A stretch of 56,428 nt of DNA from an uncultured bacterium (GTDB lineage: Bacteria; Patescibacteriota; Patescibacteriia; UBA1558; GWA2-36-10), in contig CAIRBL010000080.1 in assembly GCA_903876815.1 (NCBI GenBank), forward strand, positions 1 to 56,428. Reading direction: 5' to 3'. A program made the translations under genes and the position numbers. The notes beneath the pieces are model-generated. The model saw nothing but the letters and a program-made list of their open reading frames with translations, was not told where the DNA came from and made no database searches. Every line of letters starts with the position of its first letter. Positions within the stretch are counted from its first letter, which is position 1. Below are positions 36,685 to 47,464 of the stretch, piece by piece.

Positions 36685-36864
36685 TTATACAAATAATTGT
36701 AAAATTTTAGTCAAAAGATAATCAATTCCACCTAAAAAAATGGCCATAACAATGGAAAGCACAATTACTATGCCAGTGTGCTGTATAGTAGTTTGCTTGG
36801 ATGGCCAAGCCACTTTAGCTAGTTCTTGACGAGCTTCTTTGAAGTAGTTAATAAGCTTATTCAT
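36685..36864 (-). CDS. secE: preprotein translocase subunit SecE (59 aa; below the ORF-track cutoff)
   Basis: Hand translation: MNKLINYFKEARQELAKVAWPSKQTTIQHTGIVIVLSIVMAIFLGGIDYLLTKILQLFV. V.WPS motif plus a single TM helix. Canonical position upstream of nusG. Confidence 0.85.
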   Translation of the reverse strand: MNKLINYFKEARQELAKVAWPSKQTTIQHTGIVIVLSIVMAIFLGGIDYLLTKILQLFV

Positions 36865-36965
36865 AATAAAAGGTTATATTGGTATTTTAAAACAGCTGGT
36901 TGGAAAGCTGTTATTGCTCCCAAACTATAGCAAAAAAAATATTTTTAGTCAAGACCCCAAAATAT

Positions 36966-36995
36966 AGCAAAAATCCCACTTTTTAGAGTGGGATT
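36966..36995 (-). terminator. terminator of gyrB
   Basis: AATCCCACT (36972..36980) / AGTGGGATT (36987..36995). TTTTTG follows on minus. Confidence 0.7.
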
Positions 36996-37003
36996 GAGAA
37001 AAA

Positions 37004-39124
<2,121 letters not shown>

Positions 39125-39141
39125 CTAAAATCAGCCAAAAA

Positions 39142-41571
39142 TTAACGTAATTGGCTATCAAATTTTTTATTTAAAACTGCTAAAATTTGCTTCATAATCA
39201 ACTCCACATCTGCTGATTCCAAAGTTTTATCAGTACTACGGAATTCCAAATGAAAAGCAATGGATTTTTTACCTTCTGGCACGCCGTGTCCAGTAAAAAC
39301 ATCAAAAGGCTCAAGATTGACAAGTAGTGGTGAAATTTTGATAATTTCTTTCATCAAATCTTCCCACAAAATATCTTCTGCTACCACAATCGCTAAATCT
39401 CTTTGCATGCTAGGAAATTTTGGTAAAGGTGTGTAAATCATATTTTGATTAATATATTTGACCAAAACAGAAAAATTTACACTCCACCAAGCCACCTGCA
39501 CTTTGCTTGGCCCACTGTTAAACAAATCATTTTTTAACAAACCAAATTGTCCTAAAGTAACATCTTGCGTTTTGATATCATATACTAAACTAGAAAAAAC
39601 ATTTTCATTTTTTTCAAAAGACAATTTGATGCCAAAATAATCAGCCAAAGACTCCCACAAACCTTTAATACGCAAAAAAGTAGCTTGCCCAGTATCAACT
39701 GACACTTCAAGACCAGCAAAATGCTTGTCCTGCAAAGGTAAATATTTTTTCTTACTAGGGTCAGTGTGATAAACACTTTTATGTTTTTTATCAAAGGTTC
39801 TATCAATTTCAAAAATTTTGATATTATCAAAAAAACGAAAGTTTTCTTCTGCTTTTGCTAATAAATTTGGCAGCAAAGACAAATTCAAATACGCCTGGTC
39901 TAAGCTAATAGTATTTTTAACTTTGACGTGATCATTGAGACTAAGGTGTAATTTTTCTACCCAAGGCAAATTGGTAAATGGATAAGTATAGGCTTCACTA
40001 TAGCCTTGAAATAAACTCATCCAAAATTTTAGATCCTTCAAAACTTGATGGGCAACATCAGTATGTGGAGCTTGTAAAAAAACTGCTGGTAAACTTGATT
40101 TAATATTGTCATAGCCATAAATACGAGCTACTTCTTCCACGATGTCTTCAGGAATAGAAATATCCTTGGTTGCTCGAAATGTTGGCACCTTAATAAAAAA
40201 AGTTTGATTTTTATATTCTACTTGAAATTGCAATCTAGTCAAAATATCTTTTATTTCTTTAGTGGGAATCTCGACACCAAAACGACTATTGATTAAAGTT
40301 TCTGGTACTTCCAAATTTATTTCTTTAAAAGGATTGTAATTGATATCTTGTAAACGACTGGCTACATAAGCTTCATCATTTAAAGACAAAATAAGTTCAG
40401 CAGCTTTGCGAATAGCTAATTCTGCTAAAACTGGATCCAAAGATTTTTCAAAACGCGCTGAACTTTCTGATCTTAAAGCCAAAAAACCAGAACTACGTCG
40501 AATATTGGAAGCCAAAAAATTGGCAGACTCCAAGATGACTGTTTCTGTGTCTGAGGAAATCTCGCTATTTTGTCCGCCCATAATGCCGGCTACAGCTACA
40601 TATTTTTTGCTATCTGCAATCATCAGGCAATTTTCATTCAAACGTCTTTTGGTACCGTCTAAAGTGATAAATTTTTCTCCTTTTTTAGCAGACACTACCT
40701 GAATCTCTGGACCCTCAATCATACGAGCATCAAAAGCATGCATCGGCTGACCAAGCTCATACATGATATAATTTGTCACATCAACAATATTATTGATTGG
40801 TCGCAAGCCTACTGCTTGTAGACGATTTTTAAGCCATAAAGGTGATGGCTCTACTTTGACATTTTTTATTACTAAACCCAAATAACGAAAACATTTATCC
40901 TTGTCCTTCACACTAACCTTCAGCTTCATTTCATCTGCTTCTTTCAGTGGTGCTACTTGATAATCAGCCAAAGTCAGCCTATAAATAGCCGCCACCTCAC
41001 GTGCTAGACCATATTGACCCCACAAATCAGGTCGATGGTTGATAGATTTGTTATCAATATCAATAATAAAATCATTGAGCTGTAAAGCTTGAGACAAATC
41101 TGCGCCTACTTTCAGACTTAAATCTGTTAAATCTAAAATTTCTTTGTCAGACTTAGCGGGAAATAAATTGTTCAAACCAATTTCTGAAGCAGCAGCTATC
41201 ATGCCATGACTTTCAATGCCACGAATTTTTACTTTTTCTAAAGTAACCAATTCACCTTCACCATGCCATTTGACTTTTGAACCCACTGTCGCTACAGCTA
41301 CCAGCATACCTTTGCTTAAATTTGAACCACCACAAACTATCTGATCAACACGAGAGCCGAGATCAACCTGACAAACCTGCAAACGATCAGCGTCTGGATG
41401 AGGAGCAATTTCTTTTATCTTACCCACTAAAACACCAGCCAAACTTGCTGCTTGATCTATCACTTCCTCGACCTCAACTGTAGACATGGTGAGATCATGA
41501 GCTAATTTTTCGGCGGTCAAATCTTTTGGTAATTTTAACCAATCTTTCAACCAATTTACTGATAAATACAT
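39142..41571 (-). CDS. pheT: phenylalanine--tRNA ligase beta subunit
   Basis: N-terminal tRNA-binding OB domain (HPDADRLQVCQVDLG), B3/4 and B5 domains, and a C-terminal FDX-ACB-like domain. 1-nt gap after pheS. Confidence 0.9.
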   Translation of the reverse strand: MYLSVNWLKDWLKLPKDLTAEKLAHDLTMSTVEVEEVIDQAASLAGVLVGKIKEIAPHPDADRLQVCQVDLGSRVDQIVCGGSNLSKGMLVAVATVGSKVKWHGEGELVTLEKVKIRGIESHGMIAAASEIGLNNLFPAKSDKEILDLTDLSLKVGADLSQALQLNDFIIDIDNKSINHRPDLWGQYGLAREVAAIYRLTLADYQVAPLKEADEMKLKVSVKDKDKCFRYLGLVIKNVKVEPSPLWLKNRLQAVGLRPINNIVDVTNYIMYELGQPMHAFDARMIEGPEIQVVSAKKGEKFITLDGTKRRLNENCLMIADSKKYVAVAGIMGGQNSEISSDTETVILESANFLASNIRRSSGFLALRSESSARFEKSLDPVLAELAIRKAAELILSLNDEAYVASRLQDINYNPFKEINLEVPETLINSRFGVEIPTKEIKDILTRLQFQVEYKNQTFFIKVPTFRATKDISIPEDIVEEVARIYGYDNIKSSLPAVFLQAPHTDVAHQVLKDLKFWMSLFQGYSEAYTYPFTNLPWVEKLHLSLNDHVKVKNTISLDQAYLNLSLLPNLLAKAEENFRFFDNIKIFEIDRTFDKKHKSVYHTDPSKKKYLPLQDKHFAGLEVSVDTGQATFLRIKGLWESLADYFGIKLSFEKNENVFSSLVYDIKTQDVTLGQFGLLKNDLFNSGPSKVQVAWWSVNFSVLVKYINQNMIYTPLPKFPSMQRDLAIVVAEDILWEDLMKEIIKISPLLVNLEPFDVFTGHGVPEGKKSIAFHLEFRSTDKTLESADVELIMKQILAVLNKKFDSQLR

Positions 41572-41572
41572 A

Positions 41573-42580
41573 TTAAAACTGTTTTAAAAATCTTAAATCA
41601 CCTGATTGTAATAGTCTGATATCATCAATGCGATATTTCATCATGGCCATACGCGTCAAGCCAAGACCAAAAGCAAAGCCAGAATAAACTTTTGGATCCA
41701 AACCGCCAGCCTCTAGAACTTTAGGATGAACCATTCCACAAGGCATCAACTCTACCCAACCAGACTGTTTACAAACTGAACAACCTTGCCCACCACAAAC
41801 TAAACACTTAATATCCATTTCAAAAGCTGGCTCCACAAAAGGAAAAAATCCTGGGCGTAATCTCACGTCAACTTCACGTTTGAAAACAGAAGACAATAAA
41901 GTGCGCATAGTAGCAATCAAGTTGCCAATATTTATATTTTTATCCACCATCAAACCTTCTAGCTGATAAAAAGTATGATCATGTGAGGCGTCAGTCGACT
42001 CATAACGGAAAACGCGTCCTGGAAAAATACCACGAAATGGTGCGCCATATTTTTCTAACATTCTCACTTGCAAATTTGAGGTGTGGGTGCGTAATAAATT
42101 GTCACCTTCCAACCAAAAAGTATCTTGAGTATCACGAGCAGGATGATCGGCCGGAATATTGAGCGCCGTAAAATTATAATAATCTGATTCTAATTGTGGC
42201 CCATCATAAACAGCGAAACCCATGGCCAAAAAAGCCTCTTCAATTTCATATTGAACAATAGTCGAAGGATTCAAATGGCCAATTTCTTTTTTGGTACCTG
42301 GTAAACTAGCATCAAAATTAAAATTTGTTTGTTTATTTGGATTAAAAGCTGACTCTGCTTGAGCAAACACTTCTGCTAATTCTTGTTTGATCTCGTTGGC
42401 TAATTTACCAATACGAGGTTTTTCTAGATCTGATAAATCTTTCAGAGCTTTTAAAATTTCATTGAGCTCACCTTTTCTACCTAAATATTTATTTTTTAAA
42501 TCTGCTAAAAGCTGGCTGTCTTTTATCTCAGCCAATTCTTTTAAGATTGTATTTTTAAGATTTTGTAATTTTACTTCCAT
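41573..42580 (-). CDS. pheS: phenylalanine--tRNA ligase alpha subunit
   Basis: HPARDTQDTFW, FRYESTDASHDHTFYQLEG and GFAFGLGLTRMAM class II motifs. Confidence 0.95.
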   Translation of the reverse strand: MEVKLQNLKNTILKELAEIKDSQLLADLKNKYLGRKGELNEILKALKDLSDLEKPRIGKLANEIKQELAEVFAQAESAFNPNKQTNFNFDASLPGTKKEIGHLNPSTIVQYEIEEAFLAMGFAVYDGPQLESDYYNFTALNIPADHPARDTQDTFWLEGDNLLRTHTSNLQVRMLEKYGAPFRGIFPGRVFRYESTDASHDHTFYQLEGLMVDKNINIGNLIATMRTLLSSVFKREVDVRLRPGFFPFVEPAFEMDIKCLVCGGQGCSVCKQSGWVELMPCGMVHPKVLEAGGLDPKVYSGFAFGLGLTRMAMMKYRIDDIRLLQSGDLRFLKQF

Positions 42581-42589
42581 AAACTTCTG

Positions 42590-42979
42590 TTATTTATCTT
42601 CTGTTTTTTGAAAACTTAAAATAATAAATTCTAATAAAGTAGCAAAAATAATCAGCAACAAAATGTTCCACCAATTTAATAAATCTGCCACTTGCAAAAT
42701 CAAGGCAATGATAAGAACCGCCGCAAAGATAAAAGCCTGGCGAAAAGATTCAGACACTATTGTTGAGGATAACTCTCTTTTTCTTTGCCATATTTTACGC
42801 AAAAATACTCCCAAGAGAGCCAGTGTGCCTAAAATACTCAAAAATAAAGAAAAATAAACAAAGACAAATACCAAAATATTGCCCTGCTGTGGGTCAAAAC
42901 TGTTAATAACTAAGAAAAAACCAAGCCAGGCAAGTAGCGTGGCTCCGAGCATAGAAAAATTGTATGTTTTTAATTGCAT
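42590..42979 (-). CDS. hypothetical four-TM membrane protein
   Basis: Four hydrophobic helices. No recognisable motif. Confidence 0.5.
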   Translation of the reverse strand: MQLKTYNFSMLGATLLAWLGFFLVINSFDPQQGNILVFVFVYFSLFLSILGTLALLGVFLRKIWQRKRELSSTIVSESFRQAFIFAAVLIIALILQVADLLNWWNILLLIIFATLLEFIILSFQKTEDK

Positions 42980-43024
42980 GTGCTTTAAATATACTAAAAA
43001 TGCCTTAGAAAATCAAGTCCCCTT

Positions 43025-43321
43025 CTAATGCAAAAAATACAGATCCTCTACTACTTCTGACTGAAATTTTTGATTTAAAACTTGGATAAACTCTGCTCTT
43101 TTGGCTGTAATCTCCTGTTCGCTTTTATCTTCCAAAATAGCAAAACTTAATACTTTATTTTTAAAATAAATAGCTTGGGCAGTATTTAAAATTGTTGCGC
43201 CAAAAAAACTAGACAACAAATTGTTGGCTTCTTGAATAATCATTGTTTCTGTAGCTTGGCGCCAAACTTGATGTTTGTTGACACGCCCGGAAGCCACATC
43301 TTTGAAGCTATCCCAAGACAT
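43025..43321 (-). CDS. DUF721/DciA-like small protein (tentative)
   Basis: 98 aa. The pattern A.AIYFKNKVLSFAI......E......EFIQVLN......V.DLYF resembles DUF721. Motif-level impression only. Confidence 0.35.
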   Translation of the reverse strand: MSWDSFKDVASGRVNKHQVWRQATETMIIQEANNLLSSFFGATILNTAQAIYFKNKVLSFAILEDKSEQEITAKRAEFIQVLNQKFQSEVVEDLYFLH

Positions 43322-43336
43322 AAATAAGTTTGCAAA

Positions 43337-46258
43337 TTAGGCTTTGGCAAAAGGACAAATTTTATTAAAATCACAAGTTGAACAGGCCCAGCCAGGTGTG
43401 GCGGTAAAATCTCCTGACAAAATAGCAGCAATACTTTCTAAAATCCACAGTTTAGTTTTTTCAATTTCTTTATCCGTGCCCACAAAAGATACTGGTGTAT
43501 TATTGCTCAAATAATAAAAAGTTAAATTTTTTACTTTAGTTTGAAAAACCACTTCAGCAGCTATCTGATAAATCAATAATTGCTTTTTATCTTCAAAAGT
43601 AATCTTCTCACCTTTAGCTTGGCCGGTTTTATAATCCATAATCTCCCAAGTATTGTTTTCTGCTACATCCACTCTATCAAATACGCCTTTGAGAGTATAA
43701 TCTTTAACTTTGATATTAAAACCTTTTTCCAAAAATAATGGTACCGGCCAATTACCTTCAAATTTATAATAAAATTCTTTTAAAATTCTTTCGCCATCAA
43801 GACGATATTTTTCTTTTTCTAAAGCGCCATTGTACCAATCATCAATCCAAGACTCTGCATAAAAGTTTAATAAATCTTTTAATTCAGGCATTGGCGCTTG
43901 AATTTTTTGGCCAAACAAATCATTTTGTGTTTTTTCTCGACTCAAAATAATAGCATTAAAAAACTTTTGCAAAGTCGCATGCATAGTTTTACCAAAACTA
44001 AAACTTGCTTTACCCTTACTCTGCAGTTTCACTACATGCGAATAATAATATTGTCTTGGGCAAGTCTCATAAGCTTTGAGCTGAGAAAAAGAAAAAGTTT
44101 TGGGAATGACATTTTTTACTTTCTCGAATTTCGTGTCCACAGCAACGGGCTCTTTGACATCTTTATTAGGAACATCTTGAGCGGCTAGTTTAATCTCTTC
44201 GATAAAACGAGAAGGTTTACGCTCTCTGACTCCACCATAGTCCTTGGCAAAAGTAAGATAAGCTGCTTTTTTTGCACGAGTCATAGCTACATAAAACAAA
44301 CGCCTTTCTTCTTGCAAATGCGCGTCACCACTAGGTAACTGCTCTTTGATAAAAGTTTCAGGCATAGCAATAGGGTCACGTCTTTCAGTGCTAGGAAAAC
44401 GCAAGTGTGCTAAATTTGTGATAAAAACATATTTAAACTCTAAACCTTTTGAGCCATGTACGGTCATAATTTTGATAGCTTCAGGACCAGCCTCTGCATC
44501 TTGACGCATAGCGCCCTGCTCGCCTGATTCTAACTCCATTTCCATGGTAGCTAAAAATTGATGGATAGAAGGATCTAGGGCCTCTTCTTCCCAAACTCTA
44601 ACTTTTTTAAAAAACTGATTTAAAAAATGGAGCTGTTCACGACTATAAACACTATCTTCTAAAGTCAATAATTTGAGATAGCCGCTTTCTTCCAGCCAAA
44701 CATAAATAACATTTGAGGTTGGTTTTGATTTTGCCAATTCAGTGTGACTTTTGATCAAATCCAAAACATTGCGAATAATTTTTTGTTCACTAGCATCAAT
44801 AGTGAGATGTCCATAATAATTTTGTAGAGTATAGTATAAACTCCAAGATTTCTTGTAAGCCAAATGATTGAGATTAATCAAAGTTTTGATATCTAAATTT
44901 ACACAAGGCAGACTTAAAATTCTAAACAAAGCTCCCGACTCATGATAATTATCGAGCAATTTCAAGTAGGCTAAAATATCCAAGACAATATCTTGACCAT
45001 ACAAACCACGCGATGCCAAAAATTGATGTGGCCAACCAACTTTTCTGAGCATGGAAACAAAACCACTAGCTTGATCATTGGCTCTGACTAAAATCGCAAA
45101 ATCTGACCAAGTCAAAGACTTATCTTTTTGTTTGAGATTTAAAATTTTATTCAAGATGCCATCTACTTCAGCATTTTTGTCAGCAAAAGAAAGCACCTTG
45201 ACCTCGCCCTCGTCCTCACTATGACTGATTAATTTTTTATTTAATTTTTTCTTACCCACTTTTAGTTGCGCTTCCAAACGATCAGGGTTATTGGCTTTGA
45301 TAAAATTATAAGCAGTGTCTAAAATTTTTTGACCAGAACGATAATTGTCTACCAAAAAAATTTGGGCGCTTTCAGGAAAATCATGTCGGAAACTCAAAAT
45401 ATTGGAAATAGCCGCACCTCTAAATTTATAAATTGCCTGATCATCATCGCCCACTACCATCAAATTATTTTTTGGTGAAGCCAAAATTTTTATAAGCTCA
45501 TATTGCGCCCAGTTGGTATCCTGAAATTCATCGACTAAAATATACTTAAACTGCTCACGAAATTTGGCTAAAATCGCTGGACGCTCTCTAAATAAACGCA
45601 AAGTATAATTGATAAGATCACCAAAGTCTAAAGCATTTTTGGAAAGCAATAGCTCTTGGTAAACATGATAAGCGTTAGCAATTTCTTGTACTCTTTTTAT
45701 TTCTAATTCTGCGTCTTGTCTATCTAAAGCTAAATCTGCATCTAATTTTAAATTTTGGGCGTATTCCAAATAGCTTTCTGGATAAACTACTTCGTCTTTA
45801 CAACGCGAAAAATGTGAAAGCAAAGCGTGAATAAATTTGGTCGGATTACCTAGTGGCCTGTAATAATCCAAATCAAATTTATCCAAATTTTCCCTGACTA
45901 GCATCCAAGCCGCCGTGGAATCAAGCAGTTTAAAATCATTTGGCAAGCCAATATCTAAAGCATAATTTTTCAAAACTTTTTCGGCAAAACCATGAAAAGT
46001 ATGAATCCACAGCTCAGCATAACCCAAGGGCAAAAGCTGATCTACGCGCTCAGCCATTTCACCGGCCGCTTTTTCAGTAAAAGTAACGGCCAAAATTTCC
46101 TCCGGTTTAGCCTTTTTTTTGGCAATCAAATGAGCAATGCGCTGAGTAATCACGGTTGTCTTTCCGGTGCCCGCCCCAGCAATGAGCATCACCGGCCCGG
46201 AATCGTGTAAAACCGCCTGCTTTTGCGCTTTATTTAGTTGTGTTAAGTCTACTGGCAT
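43337..46258 (-). CDS. UvrD/PcrA-type SF1 helicase fused to a C-terminal PD-(D/E)XK (Cas4/AddB-type) nuclease with a four-Cys cluster
   Basis: AGAGTGKTT, DEFQDTN, VGDDDQAIYKFRGA, TVHGSKGLEF and YVAMTRAK. Then ETCPRQYYY, FDRVD..EIMDYKTG and CSTCDFNKICP. ATG at 46258 (track start 46294 is TTG). Confidence 0.85.
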   Translation of the reverse strand: MPVDLTQLNKAQKQAVLHDSGPVMLIAGAGTGKTTVITQRIAHLIAKKKAKPEEILAVTFTEKAAGEMAERVDQLLPLGYAELWIHTFHGFAEKVLKNYALDIGLPNDFKLLDSTAAWMLVRENLDKFDLDYYRPLGNPTKFIHALLSHFSRCKDEVVYPESYLEYAQNLKLDADLALDRQDAELEIKRVQEIANAYHVYQELLLSKNALDFGDLINYTLRLFRERPAILAKFREQFKYILVDEFQDTNWAQYELIKILASPKNNLMVVGDDDQAIYKFRGAAISNILSFRHDFPESAQIFLVDNYRSGQKILDTAYNFIKANNPDRLEAQLKVGKKKLNKKLISHSEDEGEVKVLSFADKNAEVDGILNKILNLKQKDKSLTWSDFAILVRANDQASGFVSMLRKVGWPHQFLASRGLYGQDIVLDILAYLKLLDNYHESGALFRILSLPCVNLDIKTLINLNHLAYKKSWSLYYTLQNYYGHLTIDASEQKIIRNVLDLIKSHTELAKSKPTSNVIYVWLEESGYLKLLTLEDSVYSREQLHFLNQFFKKVRVWEEEALDPSIHQFLATMEMELESGEQGAMRQDAEAGPEAIKIMTVHGSKGLEFKYVFITNLAHLRFPSTERRDPIAMPETFIKEQLPSGDAHLQEERRLFYVAMTRAKKAAYLTFAKDYGGVRERKPSRFIEEIKLAAQDVPNKDVKEPVAVDTKFEKVKNVIPKTFSFSQLKAYETCPRQYYYSHVVKLQSKGKASFSFGKTMHATLQKFFNAIILSREKTQNDLFGQKIQAPMPELKDLLNFYAESWIDDWYNGALEKEKYRLDGERILKEFYYKFEGNWPVPLFLEKGFNIKVKDYTLKGVFDRVDVAENNTWEIMDYKTGQAKGEKITFEDKKQLLIYQIAAEVVFQTKVKNLTFYYLSNNTPVSFVGTDKEIEKTKLWILESIAAILSGDFTATPGWACSTCDFNKICPFAKA

Positions 46259-46290
46259 ATAGTCTATTTTAGCTAAAAACAACTTTTTTG

Positions 46291-46319
46291 GCAAAGGAAA
46301 AAGGCGACCTAAGTCGCCT
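46291..46319 (-). terminator. terminator of the 73-aa ORF; the stop codon lies in the loop
   Basis: AGGCGAC-TTAG-GTCGCCT followed by TTTTTCCTTTGC on minus. The tail CGCCTTTTTCCTTTGC is repeated at 46610..46625. Confidence 0.7.
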
Positions 46320-46530
46320 CCTGTGCATCGTTTTGCAAACGTGGGTCATAGACAGAGTGACAATGCTCGCATTTGACCAGACCGCCAGCCTCATCACAAA
46401 ACTCGCTATCGTATGAGCCACAATGAGGACATTGCGATTCTGGATAACCGCGAGTAAAAAGTGAAAAGAATTTTTTGACGCCCCATCCAATGATGATGAC
46501 GACGGCAAGCAAACCAATGATCCGCCACAT
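46309..46530 (-). CDS. small membrane-anchored zinc-ribbon protein (GC-rich cassette)
   Basis: AAGGGAG sits 7 nt before the ATG. TM helix IIGLLAVVIIIGWGV, then CPHC..(16)..CEHC. Confidence 0.6.
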   Translation of the reverse strand: MWRIIGLLAVVIIIGWGVKKFFSLFTRGYPESQCPHCGSYDSEFCDEAGGLVKCEHCHSVYDPRLQNDAQEAT

Positions 46531-46609
46531 GTCGAGTCTCCCTTCTATGCGTTGAAATGATTTAAGGTTCTCTAATACTTATTATTTTTAACACAAATAA
46601 TAAATTTTA

Positions 46610-46643
46610 GCAAAGGAAAAAGGCGGTACCTTGCGACACCGCC
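46610..46643 (-). terminator. terminator of the 36-aa ORF
   Basis: GGCGGT..ACCGCC stem followed by TTTTTCCTTTGC on minus. Confidence 0.55.
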
Positions 46644-46651
46644 CCTGCTGT

Positions 46652-46762
46652 TCAGTTGTGCAGAATGTCCTGCTCAAAATCGCCACTCTTGATCTTACGC
46701 CAAGCAGTAACGAGGTAAAACAGGCACAAAATGCCAACCATGATGGAACCTGCATGGTCCAT
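46652..46762 (-). CDS. 36-aa single-TM peptide (GC-rich cassette)
   Basis: AGGAGGAG lies immediately upstream of ATG 46762. Sequence MDHAGSIMVGILCLFYLVTAWRKIKSGDFEQDILHN, TGA stop. The 90-aa version in the ORF track is probably an over-extension. Confidence 0.5.
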   Translation of the reverse strand: MDHAGSIMVGILCLFYLVTAWRKIKSGDFEQDILHN

Positions 46763-46784
46763 CTCTCCTCCTATGAAGCTTCTT

Positions 46785-47324
46785 TCACACCTTACAAACG
46801 CAAAGGTAGCATTCGTCAGGCTCCCCAGAAAATGGCTGCTCCAGGTCCCGAGGAAGCAACAAGATTGAATGCATGTCCACACCCATATCAGCTGCCTGCC
46901 GTAGATTCTTGAGTGCTCGCTCAAAATTCACTCGTGGAAAAGCGCCAGGATTTAGAAGAATTTCCTCTACATATTGCCGCAAGAAATCTTGTGCAATCTT
47001 AGTCCTTTTCTGTAAATGACGAATATGTTGCGCTCTCTCTTCTTCGGCCGAAGAAAAAGCACGACTACCGCCATAAGCACCACAGTCCCAGTGATTACAT
47101 AGAACAACTTGCCTAACGCCATGCAGCCCAATAGACACCTCAACTAAGTTTCTCAGAGTGGTCTCTCCTACTTGACAACCAAGCTTGAGATCCTTCACTC
47201 CACCAGGATGGGTGTAGGGGTCAATGACATGACCGCCTACAAGATGTCTGGCTGCCCTCAGCATTGTTTCTGTCCACGCACCATCGACACAACCGATAAG
47301 TGCGCCATGATAGACACGCGACAT
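46785..47324 (-). CDS. divergent beta-carbonic-anhydrase-like protein, GC-rich xenolog of the neighbouring 149-aa gene
   Basis: GCVDGA (CxDxR with the Arg lost), GLHGV and VVLCNHWDCGAYGGSRAF (HxxCG). ATG at 47324 preceded by GGGGG (track start 47351 is TTG). Hand count 34/60 G+C in 46801..46860. Confidence 0.5.
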   Translation of the reverse strand: MSRVYHGALIGCVDGAWTETMLRAARHLVGGHVIDPYTHPGGVKDLKLGCQVGETTLRNLVEVSIGLHGVRQVVLCNHWDCGAYGGSRAFSSAEEERAQHIRHLQKRTKIAQDFLRQYVEEILLNPGAFPRVNFERALKNLRQAADMGVDMHSILLLPRDLEQPFSGEPDECYLCVCKV

Positions 47325-47375
47325 AAAACCCCCATGTGTTTTTTGTGCCAACTCTGTTGTAAATGAAGCTAAGAT

Positions 47376-47403
47376 ATTCTACACCTATTAAAAAATATGT
47401 CAA
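47376..47403 (-). promoter_or_regulatory. sigma70-type promoter of the GC-rich cassette
   Basis: TTGACA (47403..47398), 16 nt, TAGAAT (47381..47376), within AT-rich host-like sequence. Confidence 0.5.
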
Positions 47404-47421
47404 TAACTTTTTCTTTTTTAT

Positions 47422-47453
47422 AAAAAATCAGCCCCAGCTTAAGCTGGGGCTGA
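47422..47453 (-). terminator. terminator closing the atp operon plus the 149-aa gene
   Basis: Palindrome TCAGCCCCAGCTT/AAGCTGGGGCTGA followed by TTTTTT on minus. Confidence 0.8.
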
Positions 47454-47464
47454 TGAAATATCTT

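Noticed and set aside
36889-36910. Small hairpin AACAGCT-GGTTGGAA-AGCTGTT followed by TTTTAAAA on minus, upstream of secE. Considered as a terminator or attenuator.
   Set aside because: The 7-bp stem sits in a 139-nt spacer that already holds the gyrB terminator. There is no supporting context, so it is too weak to call.
43240-43431. A 63-aa ORF overlapping the junction between the helicase and DUF721 genes.
   Set aside because: It overlaps two better-supported genes in another frame and has no motif.
46269-47403. Alternative long ORFs in the GC-rich cassette (46269..46517, 46631..46912 plus strand, 46652..46924, 47172..47366, 47221..47403).
   Set aside because: High GC reduces stop-codon frequency and creates spurious frames. 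The chosen ORFs have SD motifs, terminators and interpretable features (TM helices, CxxC pairs, HxxCG). The alternatives have none of these.
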